A stretch of 64,000 nucleotides of DNA, taken from NCBI GenBank assembly GCA_963698165.1, contig CAVOPT010000023.1, positions 25,704 through 89,703 on the forward strand, written 5' to 3'. A model generated the notes under the pieces. It ran no database searches. It was not told the origin of the DNA and was given only the letters and a program-made list of their open reading frames with translations. This document shows positions 1-8,800 of this stretch, piece by piece. The position numbers and the translations under genes are program-made. Source of the DNA: an uncultured delta proteobacterium (GTDB lineage: Bacteria > Desulfobacterota > Syntrophobacteria > Syntrophobacterales > Syntrophobacteraceae). Position 1 is the stretch's first letter. Every line of letters begins with the position of its first letter.

Positions 1-237
1 TGCCAGTGCTATCTTTGTGGCCGCTTCCACTTTTACCCTGAGTTCATCCAACCTGGCAGCGACGGCCAACAGGCCGAGGATCGCCAGGTCGTCAAGGGCG
101 TCATCGATCTCACCGGCAACTGCTGTCAGCCTGTCCATCTTGGCCCTGTCATTTTGAGCCTTGGCGTCTTTGTATGGCTGTACCAATTGCGCACGAAGCG
201 CGTTCAATTGGGCGCGCGTCTCCTCTATGCTTGGCAT
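1..237 (-). CDS. hypothetical protein, N-terminal part only (gene continues past the left edge)
   Basis: Minus-strand ATG at 237-235 with GGAGG about 6 nt upstream. The frame stays open to base 1 (MPSIEETRAQLNALRAQLVQPYKDAKAQNDRAKMDRLTAVAGEIDDALDDL...) with coiled-coil-like composition. It starts 18 nt after the stop of the 256..1143 gene, so it is probably co-transcribed. No family recognised. Confidence 0.45.
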   Translation of the reverse strand, partial: MPSIEETRAQLNALRAQLVQPYKDAKAQNDRAKMDRLTAVAGEIDDALDDLAILGLLAVAARLDELRVKVEAATKIALA

Positions 238-255
238 GCTGCACCTCCAGTTCGG

Positions 256-1143
256 CTATTCTCGGGTTCTCAGGGTCTTGATCTGTTCCGCCAAGACCCT
301 CAACTCGATAGAGGCTTCCGCCAGACTTGCAAGGTCGGCAGAGGGCGCCTCAGTCATCGCGGCCACCACGGCGGCATTCATGGCAACCAAAGTTTTGTCC
401 AGGAGGATGACCCACGCTGCAAGCATCGCACGGTCGTTTTCCAGGGCGGCCCGGCCTTCCATTGAAATGCCGCTCGGCTCTTCCAAAGATCCTCGCTGTA
501 CCCGCGCCCTTTTTAGGACCTCAAACATCGCTGGCGTGCCCTTGCGCAATGCCAGCAGAAGATCGCGCATGGAAGGATATGCGGCGATGAGTTGCTTGCG
601 AAACGCGCAGCGACTGGCGAATGTTGCAACCTCCTTGATGACGGGCGCTGCAAGCTGCAAGGCTTGAACCGATTTTGACACCAATTCGGTGGCGCCGGGA
701 ATTGCCGCCGCTCCCGCCAATGCCGCTTGAGAGGCTGCTATGGCACCCGTGATGTTTGTCGCCAGCGTACCGATGCGGTTTGACAGGACTGCCGCAGCCT
801 CCCCGTTTGCGAGACCGCCCAACGCATCATTATAGGTCTTCAGTGATTTGACTGATGTGCGAATGGATCCGGTGATGGGTGGGTCAACATTTTCGACGAA
901 ATAGGCTGCCTGGTCCGGATTGAACTCCGGAATTTCGCTGGAATGCCTGAGGCGCCTCAGAACGACTGTCCTTTCAGCCCGTGCCAAAGAGTCGAGGATG
1001 ACTTCACCATGCTCGTATTGTGTATCGAAGGCCTGATTATAGAGCTGGAATTCGGCAACTCCGCGGGTTGCACAACCGCACAACGTCGCTCCGAGGAAAA
1101 GGATCAAAAAAACGCCCAAGAGACGCCAATACATCACTTTCAT
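256..1143 (-). CDS. putative lipoprotein, unknown function
   Basis: 295-aa ORF. The N-terminus MKVMYWRLLGVFLILFLGATLCGCATRG looks like a signal peptide with a lipobox-like L-C-G-C. The rest is Ala/Leu-rich and helical. No family recognised. Local composition looks less GC-rich than the rest of the window. Confidence 0.55.
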   Translation of the reverse strand: MKVMYWRLLGVFLILFLGATLCGCATRGVAEFQLYNQAFDTQYEHGEVILDSLARAERTVVLRRLRHSSEIPEFNPDQAAYFVENVDPPITGSIRTSVKSLKTYNDALGGLANGEAAAVLSNRIGTLATNITGAIAASQAALAGAAAIPGATELVSKSVQALQLAAPVIKEVATFASRCAFRKQLIAAYPSMRDLLLALRKGTPAMFEVLKRARVQRGSLEEPSGISMEGRAALENDRAMLAAWVILLDKTLVAMNAAVVAAMTEAPSADLASLAEASIELRVLAEQIKTLRTRE

Positions 1144-1605
1144 CGTTGCCCCCTCTCAGCAAGCAATTGGATTGTCTTTTGAGTCTCTTTCAACGCGATC
1201 TGGCGTTGCTCGACTTCCTGCGAAACGGGGGCCTGCAAATACCAACAGGCCTCTCGCCCCATTTGGCCACCTGAAAAAAGTGTCCGGCGGTCAAACCAGA
1301 GAGCATCTCCTCCCGCTGGGGGAGGAGAATCGCAGGGCGGTTCCTTCGCCTCGACGAGAGAGACTGGATTGGAGTTCAAGCAACTGCTGAAACAGTGTCT
1401 ATCATGATGGGCAACGAAGAATCGTTCAATTTGAACTGAAGAGACACGTCGTCCAAGGGGCAAGAGCAATTGAATGTGACAGGTCTACGGTCCTTTGAAT
1501 CGACCGGAAAGTCGCCATGGAAGCTCTGGTGCATTTCCAAATTTCATTGGAACGGATGCTACCAGATCAATGGGAGCGCGTCAACATGATATTTTTTTGT
1601 AACTA

Positions 1606-2964
1606 TTAGGAATTGTTATTGAAAAAAGGTGATCTTCCGATCCTTGCGACCAGTCGCATCACCTGGGACATGATGCGCTCTTCGTCGAGGTTCAGGACAG
1701 TGCCGTCGTGAACCACCAAACGGCCGTCCACCCACACCTGGCGCACGTCGCTTCCCTTGACTGCATAGACCAGGTGGGAGACGGGATCATAGAGGGGTGT
1801 GAGGTGGGGCTGGTCCAGGTCGATGGCGATGAGGTCGGCCCGCTTCCCCACTTCTAGGCTTCCGACGGCGTCCCCCAACCCGATGACGGAAGCCCCGTCC
1901 CGGGTGGCCATGCGGAGGACCCGGGGGGCCGGGCAGACCGTGGGGTCCAGGGTGACCGCCTTGTGGATCTTGGCTGCCCTGTCCATTTCCGAGAAGAGGT
2001 CCAGGTCGTTGTTGCTCGCGCACCCGTCGGTCCCGAGGCCCACCCTGACTCCTGCATCCAGCATCTTCGGGACGGGGGCGACCCCCGAGGCGAGCTTCAT
2101 GTTGCTCTCCACGTTGTGGGAGACGCCGGTTCCCCGATGGGCAAGGAGCTGGATTTCCTCATCGTCGAGCCAGATCCCATGGGCACAGAGGGTGCGGTCA
2201 TCCAGGATTCCCAGGCGGTCAAGATAGACAACGGGGGGCTCCCCGTGGGCCTCCTTCAGTTGCGACACTTCCGAGGCCGTCTCCGAGAGGTGGATCTGAA
2301 ATAAGATGTCCTGGTCCAGGCAGAGGGACTTCACCCACCGGAGGGTTTCGGCCCCGCAGGTGTAGGGGGCGTGGCAGAAGAGGGAGGGGCGCACGCGGTC
2401 GCGCGCGCCTGGGAAGTTCATTAGAAAAACCTCGGCGCGGTTCCGGCTTCGAGCGGGGTCGGGCTGGTCCGGGGATGGGAAGTCGAGGATTCCCTGTCCG
2501 AGAACGGCGCGTATTCCGGCATCCAGGACTGCCCGGGCGGCCGCTTCCTCGAAGAAGTACCCGTCGCAGAAGGTGGTGATGCCGTTCTTGACCATTTCCA
2601 CCGCGGAGAGGAGGGTCCCCCAGTAGACCATCTCCTCATGGACGATGGCCGCCTCGGCGGGGAAAATGACCTCGTGGAGCCAGCGGTGCAGGGGCAGATC
2701 GTCCCCGAGCCCCCGCAGGCAGCTCATGGCCCCGTGGGTGTGGGTGTTGACGAGACCGGGGAGCACCAGAAAACGGGAGAGATCCATGGTCTCCCGGCCC
2801 CGGCAGATGGAGAGGATCTGTTCCACCGTTCCCACTCCCACCACGGCACCCCCGTCGATGGCCAGGGCGCCGCGGCGGATGGTCCGCATGGCGGCGTCGC
2901 AGGTGACGATCCAGTCGATGGGGGCGAGGACCAGGTCCACCTCGGGGCGGGACCGACAGGGCAT
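1606..2964 (-). CDS. mtaD: amidohydrolase-superfamily nucleoside deaminase, MtaD (5-methylthioadenosine/S-adenosylhomocysteine deaminase) family, paralog A
   Basis: Motifs LPGLVNTHTHGAMSCLRGLGDDLPLHRWL, HLSET, HNVESNMKLASGVAPV and LGTDGCASNNDLD are typical of the MtaD/TM0936-type deaminase family. I chose the internal ATG at 2964 (MPCRSRPEVDLV...) because it lies 1 nt after the stop of the upstream paralog. The ORF-track start at 3108 would overlap that gene by 140 nt. Confidence 0.8.
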   Translation of the reverse strand: MPCRSRPEVDLVLAPIDWIVTCDAAMRTIRRGALAIDGGAVVGVGTVEQILSICRGRETMDLSRFLVLPGLVNTHTHGAMSCLRGLGDDLPLHRWLHEVIFPAEAAIVHEEMVYWGTLLSAVEMVKNGITTFCDGYFFEEAAARAVLDAGIRAVLGQGILDFPSPDQPDPARSRNRAEVFLMNFPGARDRVRPSLFCHAPYTCGAETLRWVKSLCLDQDILFQIHLSETASEVSQLKEAHGEPPVVYLDRLGILDDRTLCAHGIWLDDEEIQLLAHRGTGVSHNVESNMKLASGVAPVPKMLDAGVRVGLGTDGCASNNDLDLFSEMDRAAKIHKAVTLDPTVCPAPRVLRMATRDGASVIGLGDAVGSLEVGKRADLIAIDLDQPHLTPLYDPVSHLVYAVKGSDVRQVWVDGRLVVHDGTVLNLDEERIMSQVMRLVARIGRSPFFNNNS

Positions 2965-2965
2965 A

Positions 2966-4303
2966 TCAGGGACGGATGATGCGGGAGAAGGAGCGGACAC
3001 GTTCCATGACCTCGTGGATGTCCATGGTGAGGATCCTGCGGTCTTCCATGACGACTCTTCCGTGGATGACGCTGTGGCGGACGTCGGCGCGCCCGGCGGC
3101 GTAGACAAGGTGGCTCACGGGCTCATAGACGGGCGTGAGGTGGGGTTTGCGGAAGTCCACCACGATGATGTCCGCCAGCATGCCCGGAGAGAGCTCCCCC
3201 ACCCTGCCCTCGAGGCCCAGGGCCCGCGCCCCGTTGCGCGTCGCCATCCTCAGGACCGTGGCCGCGGGAAGGGCGGTGGGATCGAGGGTGGCGACCTTGT
3301 GGAGCTTGGCGCAGGAGTCCATCTCCCCCATCATGTCCAGGTCGTTGTTGCTGGCGCAGCCGTCGGTCCCCAGGGCCACGTTCACGCCCATTTCCAGAAG
3401 GCGCGGCACGGGTGCAATGCCCGATGCGAGCTTCATGTTGCTCTCGGGGTTGTGCACCACCTGGACGTCGCGCTTGGCGAGGAGCTCCATGTCCTTCTCA
3501 TCAAGGGCGACGCAGTGGTCCGCGATGAGATGGGGACCCAGGAGCCCGAGGTTCTCCAGGTGGGCGACGGGCCTCACCCCGTAGCGGGTCTGGATCTGCT
3601 CCACCTCCGGCATGTTCTCTGAAAGGTGGATGATGAGGGGGACGCCATGGCGTTGAGAGATTTCGTGGCATTGCCTGAGGAGTTGGGGGGAGCACGTGTA
3701 GAGGGCGTGGGGTTCGATGGCGATGCGCACCAGGGGGTCTGAGCGCCATTCCTCGATGAGGGATTCCGTGAAGCGCAGTCCGTTTTCGATGGGGCCGTAG
3801 TGGGGAGACGGGAAATCGTAGAGCACCTCGCCGACCAGGGCCCGCATGCCGGCATCCCTGGCCGCTTCGGCCACCTTGTGCTCGAAGAGGTACATGTCGC
3901 AGAAGGTTGTGGTCCCGGAGAGGATCATCTCGGCGCAGGCGAGGAGGGTGCCCCAGTAGACCCATTCCTCGGTGAGCTTCTGTTCCGCCGGAAAAATGTG
4001 GTTCTGAAGCCAGTCCATGAGGGGCAGGTCGTCGGCAAGGCCCCGGAAGATGGTCATGGCGGCGTGAGTGTGGGCATTGACAAGGCCGGGCAGGATAACG
4101 CACCCGCTGGCATCGAGGATGCGGGAAGCCGAATGGGCCGCATCCAGGGCATGGGAGGGGCCCACCGCCACGATTCCGAATCCAGCGACGGCCAAGGATC
4201 CGGGGCTGAAGCGCCGGTCCCCGTCGTCCAGGGTGAGGACCAGCCCGTTGGTGATCAGGAGATCGACAGCAGTCTTTTGGATTGTTTCACGCACCGTGGT
4301 CAA
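2966..4303 (-). CDS. mtaD: amidohydrolase-superfamily nucleoside deaminase, MtaD family, paralog B
   Basis: Motifs LPGLVNAHTHAAMTIFRGLADDLPLMDWL, HLSEN, HNPESNMKLASGIAPV and GTDGCASNNDLD. The ORF is open to 4525, but its first ~75 codons run through an intergenic repeat element also found at 34.2 kb and look non-protein-like. I prefer TTG 4303 (GAGGA 9 nt upstream; LTTVRETIQKTAVDLLITNG...) or GTG 4294. The start is uncertain. Confidence 0.8.
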   Translation of the reverse strand: MTTVRETIQKTAVDLLITNGLVLTLDDGDRRFSPGSLAVAGFGIVAVGPSHALDAAHSASRILDASGCVILPGLVNAHTHAAMTIFRGLADDLPLMDWLQNHIFPAEQKLTEEWVYWGTLLACAEMILSGTTTFCDMYLFEHKVAEAARDAGMRALVGEVLYDFPSPHYGPIENGLRFTESLIEEWRSDPLVRIAIEPHALYTCSPQLLRQCHEISQRHGVPLIIHLSENMPEVEQIQTRYGVRPVAHLENLGLLGPHLIADHCVALDEKDMELLAKRDVQVVHNPESNMKLASGIAPVPRLLEMGVNVALGTDGCASNNDLDMMGEMDSCAKLHKVATLDPTALPAATVLRMATRNGARALGLEGRVGELSPGMLADIIVVDFRKPHLTPVYEPVSHLVYAAGRADVRHSVIHGRVVMEDRRILTMDIHEVMERVRSFSRIIRP

Positions 4304-4384
4304 CTTTGGAAATCCTCGAGTTTTTAGTGTCTTGGGTGACTCACCATCAAGTTCGCACTTTCCTGGTGCGGATGGGACCTGTTT

Positions 4385-4407
4385 GAACCACGAAGGGCAC
4401 GAAGGAA
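4385..4407. repeat. short intergenic repeat, family aaccacgaagggcacgaagg
   Basis: The sequence gaaccacgaagggcacgaaggaa recurs in either orientation at 4729-4763, 16628-16697 and (weaker) 58519-58538. Confidence 0.6.
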
Positions 4408-4486
4408 ATGAGGCACATTCCGGCTCATCGCGGATTGGCGTGAGAATATGAGATTGTAGAGAGTCATCCCGTTCACAGCCCATCGC

Positions 4487-4543
4487 CCTGTAGCATAGGG
4501 CCTTGTGCCCGTTCCTAACGCCCACGAGGGGCTATGCTACAGG
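4487..4543. repeat. hairpin-forming copy of the gcccacgaggggcta-type intergenic element
   Basis: cctgtagcatag (4487-4498) is the exact reverse complement of ctatgctacagg (4532-4543). The enclosed agggccttgtgcc...gcccacgaggggctatgctac closely resembles agggccttgtccc...gcccacgaggggctagcctac at 34217-34259. Confidence 0.65.
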
Positions 4544-4612
4544 ATGCTTCTCTCACGCAAATTCGCGAAAACTTCCCACTTCCTTTACGCAGCTTTTCGT
4601 GAGTTCCATTGT

Positions 4613-4695
4613 ATGTCTGTCATTTCGAGGGGAGCGAGAAATCTGGTGCACCGGGAGATATGAGGAGTTCTGGTCCTTCGGTCGAGATGACAGTG
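4613..4695. repeat. inverted-repeat intergenic element (gtcatttcgagg...tcgagatgacag)
   Basis: ctgtcatttcga (4617-4628) pairs with tcgagatgacag (4682-4693), 11 of 12 complementary. The motif gtcatttcgaggggagcgagaaatc resembles short repeats commonly seen in intergenic DNA of anaerobic deltaproteobacteria (from memory, not searched). Confidence 0.45.
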
Positions 4696-4728
4696 TACCC
4701 ATGAATTTGTCCTGACGGCCCATTCTAT

Positions 4729-4763
4729 TTCTTCGTGGGCTTCGTGCGCTTCGTGGTGAAAGA
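4729..4763. repeat. short intergenic repeat, family cttcgtgcccttcgtggtt (reverse orientation, triple unit)
   Basis: ttcttcgtgggcttcgtgcgcttcgtggtgaaag contains three cttcgtg units. It is the reverse complement of the family seen at 4385-4407 and 16628-16697. Confidence 0.6.
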
Positions 4764-4830
4764 CCGTCTGGTTGGGGCCGCGGCTGTGTGACGATCTTTG
4801 TGGTTGGCTGATGAGGACAAGAAAACAATG

Positions 4831-5655
4831 TCACGCCATGTTTTCCAGCACGCCGGCCAGCAGGCGCATGAGCTGCGGTCCCGCCCTTTCGGCCGTGGCG
4901 ATGATTTCCTCGACGGGGGCCGGCTGGTAGCAGTCGGGAAGGTTCACGTTGGTGACGACGGATATGGCCAGCACCTCCAGCCCGGCGTGAACGGCCGTGA
5001 TGACCTCCATGACGGTGGACATGCCGACGGCGTCAGCTCCGATGGCGCGCAGAAACCGCGTTTCAGCGGCCGTTTCGAGGCTCGGCCCGAGGACTCCCGC
5101 GAAGACTCCCCTGTGGAGAGGCACCTTTCCAGTCAAGGCGGTTTCGACGGCGATCTCCTGGAGTCTCCTGGAGTAGGGTTCCGTCATTTCGGGAAAACGG
5201 GGTCCCCAGGCATCCACGTTGGGGCCCACCAGGGGGTTGTGGCCCGTGAGGTTGATGTGGTCCGTGATGAGCATGAGAGCCCCCGGCTGAAAAAGGGGAT
5301 TCAATCCTCCCGCGGCGTTGGAGAGAATGAGGGTCCGGACGCCGAGTTCCTTCATCACCCGTATGGGGAAGGCAATCTGTTGCGCCGTGTAGCCCTCGTA
5401 GAGGTGGAAGCGGCCCTGCATGGCGATCACGGACTTTCCGGACCATCTGCCGAAGACAAGCCTTCCCCGGTGGCTGATGACCGTTGAGACCGGAAAATGA
5501 GGGATCTCCCCGTAGGGAAAGGAAGCGGTCTCTTCCATGGCTTCCGCTACGCCTCCGAGACCTGTTCCCAGGATGAGACCGACCTCCGGCCGAGCCTCGA
5601 GGTGTGGGCGTATATGGGCGGCGGCCTCCATCACGCAGTGTCGAAGTGCTTCCAT
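4831..5655 (-). CDS. punA: purine nucleoside phosphorylase, trimeric PNP/MTAP family (candidate methylthioinosine/inosine phosphorylase)
   Basis: 274 aa. EVGLILGTGLGG, HFPVSTVISHRGRLVFG, MQGRFHLYEGY, SNAAGGLNP and VGMSTV are characteristic of PunA-type phosphorylases. Confidence 0.8.
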   Translation of the reverse strand: MEALRHCVMEAAAHIRPHLEARPEVGLILGTGLGGVAEAMEETASFPYGEIPHFPVSTVISHRGRLVFGRWSGKSVIAMQGRFHLYEGYTAQQIAFPIRVMKELGVRTLILSNAAGGLNPLFQPGALMLITDHINLTGHNPLVGPNVDAWGPRFPEMTEPYSRRLQEIAVETALTGKVPLHRGVFAGVLGPSLETAAETRFLRAIGADAVGMSTVMEVITAVHAGLEVLAISVVTNVNLPDCYQPAPVEEIIATAERAGPQLMRLLAGVLENMA

Positions 5656-5745
5656 GTGCTATGAGCTCCCGGTTGGAGGATTGAGGGGGGGAACGCCCAG
5701 ACAATTGACACAACCCGAGGGATTTGTAAAGATTTCCTCAATGGT

Positions 5746-5778
5746 TCACCGCAAAGGCGCAAAGTGCGCAAAGTCTTC
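5746..5778. repeat. short intergenic repeat, family ttcaccgcaaaggcgcaaag
   Basis: ttcaccgcaaaggcgcaaagtgcgcaaagtcttc. The same ttcaccgcaaaggcgcaaa core recurs at 38028-38051, with an inverted partner at 38071-38092. Confidence 0.55.
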
Positions 5779-5859
5779 ATGGGATAGGGGACGGCGAGGA
5801 CCATGGCACCGCCGTTTAGCATCCGTGAGGAATGCGCTGCTTGAGAGGAGTCACGGCAT

Positions 5860-8800
5860 TTGTCACCCACTGTCTTGAGATCTGGCCCCCCGTCCTTCTC
5901 ATCCGCGCCCTCCTCGAGGCCGAAAGGCTCAATCCCCATTACGTACCCCGCCGAGCTTCCCATCGTCGAAAAGAGGGAGGCCATCATCGGTGCCCTCCAG
6001 AGGGAGCAGGTCCTCGTGGTCGTCGGTGAGACGGGGTCCGGGAAGAGCACCCAGATTCCCAAGATGTGCCTGGAGGCCGGCAGGGGAGCACAGGGCCTCA
6101 TCGGGTGCACTCAGCCGAGGCGCATCGCGGCCGTCACCCTGGCGGCCCGCGTGGCCGAGGAGCTCGGGGAGAAGGGCGGAGGCCTGGTGGGCCACAAAAT
6201 CCGCTTCCAGGACCGGACATCTCGGAACACCCGCATCAAGTTCATGACCGACGGCATCCTGCTGGCCGAGGTGCAGCGGGACCGGGCTTTCCGGGCCTAC
6301 GACACGATCATTGTCGACGAGGCCCACGAGAGGACTCTCAACATCGATTTCCTGCTGGGCCTCATCAAGCGGGTGCTGCCGCGGAGGCCCGAACTCAAGG
6401 TCATCATCACCTCGGCGACCATCGACCCCGAGAAATTTTCAAGGGCCTTCGACGGGGCCCCCATAATCGAAGTTTCGGGGCGCATGTACCCCGTCGATGT
6501 CCGGTATCGGCCTCTGGACGCGACGGACGGGGAAGGTGACGACGCCACGCACGTGGACCAGGCCATCGAGGCCGTAGGGACTCTTAAGTCCCATTCGGGA
6601 AGCGGCGGCCGTGGGGACATCCTGGTGTTCATGCCGACGGAGAGTGACATCCGGGAGACCGTCCAGCGCCTGGAAGAGACGCGGTACTTCAACACCGTCG
6701 TCTATCCCCTCTTCGGGAGGATGGCGGCCGGAGATCAGCAGCGGGTCTTCAGGGCCACCACGGAAGAGAAGATCATCGTGGCCACCAACGTCGCCGAGAC
6801 ATCCGTCACAATCCCGCGGATTCGCTACGTGGTGGACACCGGCCTCGCCCGCGTCTCCCACTACAACGCCCGATCCAGGACCCAGGGCCTTCCCGTGGTC
6901 CCCATTTCCCAGGCCAGTGCCGATCAGCGCAAGGGCAGGTGCGGGCGGGTCGAGGCAGGCATCTGCATCAGGCTTTACTCCAGGGAAGACTACCTTTCCA
7001 GGCCCCTCTACACCCTGCCGGAAATCCAGCGGTCCAACCTGGCCGAAGTCATCCTGCGGATGCTCAACCTAAAGCTGGGCAACGTGCAGGAATTCCCCTT
7101 CATGGATCCCCCGTCTCCCGCGGCCGTCAAGGACGGTTTTGGCGTGCTGCGCGAGCTGAAGGCCGTCGACGATCACAGGAGGCTCACCTCCCTTGGTCGC
7201 ATGATGGCGAGGCTCCCCCTGGACCCCCGCCTGTCGAGGATGCTGCTGGAAGCGAGGAAGGAAGGCTGCCTCCATGAAATGGTGATCCTGGCCGCCGCCC
7301 TGAGCGTTCAGGATCCACGGGAGAGGCCCCTTGACCAGGAAGCAGCCGCGGACCAGGCCCATGGGGCCTTTCGGGACCCCCGCTCGGATTTCGTGGGACT
7401 CCTCAAAACCTGGAACGCGTGCTGGAACTGGTCCGCCCGCGCTCACGGTTCCTCCGGCTCGCCCGAAAATGATGCCGGAAGTGACGGTGTCCCGGTGGAG
7501 GGAATGAATGGAGATTTTGCGTCGACTGAAACGCAGGCTGAGTGGGCGATCGCTGAATCGCGAACCCGGACTCCCGACTGGCGGTCTCCGACCTCCGGTC
7601 CCAGCCGAAGCAGCGTCCGCAGGTTCTGCCGGCAGCACTTCCTCTCCTACCGAAGAATTCGGGAATGGCGGGACGTGTACGAAGAGATCCTGAGCATCCT
7701 CGATGAATTCGGAGGGTTTGCCCTCAATGCGAATCCGGCAAGCTTCGAACAGATCCACCGGGCCGTGGTGAGCGGTTACCTGAGCCACATCGCCATGCGC
7801 AAGGAGAAGAACATCTACCTTGCCGCCAAGAACCGCCAGGTGATGGTCTTTCCTGGGTCGGGCCTCTTCAACAGGGGCGGGGCCTGGATCGTCGCCTCGG
7901 AGCTGGTGCAGACGAGCCGGCTCTTTGCCCGGACGGTGGCCAACGTGGAGCCGGAGTGGCTGGAATCCCTCGGGAGGCACCTGTGCCGATACACCTATTT
8001 TGAGCCTCACTGGGAGAAGAAGCGGGGGCAGGTGACGGCCTTCGAACGGGTGATCCTTTACGGTCTTCCCATCGTGGACCGGCGCAAGGTAGCCTACGAC
8101 CGGGTGCGCCCCGAAGAGGCCCGGGAGATTTTCATCCGTTCGGCCCTGGTGGAAGGGGAGCTCCCCGGACGCCACGATTTCCTGGAGCACAACCGGGAGC
8201 TCATCCGCCGCATCGAGGATCTGGAGAGCAGGACCCGGCGCAGGGACCTCCTGGTGGACGAAGAGGCCCTGTTTCGCTTTTACGACAGCCGGTTACCCCT
8301 CTTCGCCGATGTGCGCTCCCTCGACAGTTTCATCAGGGACCAGGGAGGCGACGCGGTTCTCAGAATGAAGGAAGAAGACCTGCTGCGGAGCGCGCCGGAT
8401 TTCGACGAGCTTTCCCGTTTTCCCGACGCCTTCGACTGGGGGGCCGGCGAACTGCCTCTGCGGTACGCCTTTCAACCCGGAGGCGATGAGGATGGAATCA
8501 CGGTGAAAATCCCCGTCCATGCTCTCTCCCGGCTGCATGCGGACCCCTTCCAGTGGATGGTGCCCGGGTTGCTCGAGGAAAAGGTGATGACGCTCCTCAA
8601 GGGTCTTCCCAAGAACATCCGCAAGCAGCTGGTGCCGGTTGGCGAAACGGCCCGCCGCATCGTGGAGCGACTCGATTTCAGGGAAGGGAGCCTGCACGCG
8701 GAGCTCGGTCGCATCATCGAAAATTTGACGGGAGCCCGTGTGCCCTTGGAGGTGTGGGAACAGATCGAGATGCCCCCCCATCTTCAGATGCGCTTCGAAA

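Noticed and set aside
1140-1469. 109-aa minus-strand ORF upstream of the lipoprotein gene
   Set aside because: Most of the translation is not protein-like. Only the last ~40 codons (from ATG 1262), which overlap the lipoprotein start by ATGA, look plausibly coding. That is too weak to list as a feature.
2645-4327. Plus-strand ORFs 2645..3622 (325 aa), 3135..3584 and 3800..4327
   Set aside because: Antisense to the two MtaD-family genes, which have clear metal-ligand motifs on the minus strand.
2966-4525. Full 519-aa version of MtaD paralog B starting at ATG 4525
   Set aside because: The extra ~75 N-terminal codons run through the repeat element shared with the 34.2-kb intergenic region and have no counterpart in the family. 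TTG 4303 with a GAGGA RBS fits a normal-length deaminase. The long version is not excluded, only judged less likely.
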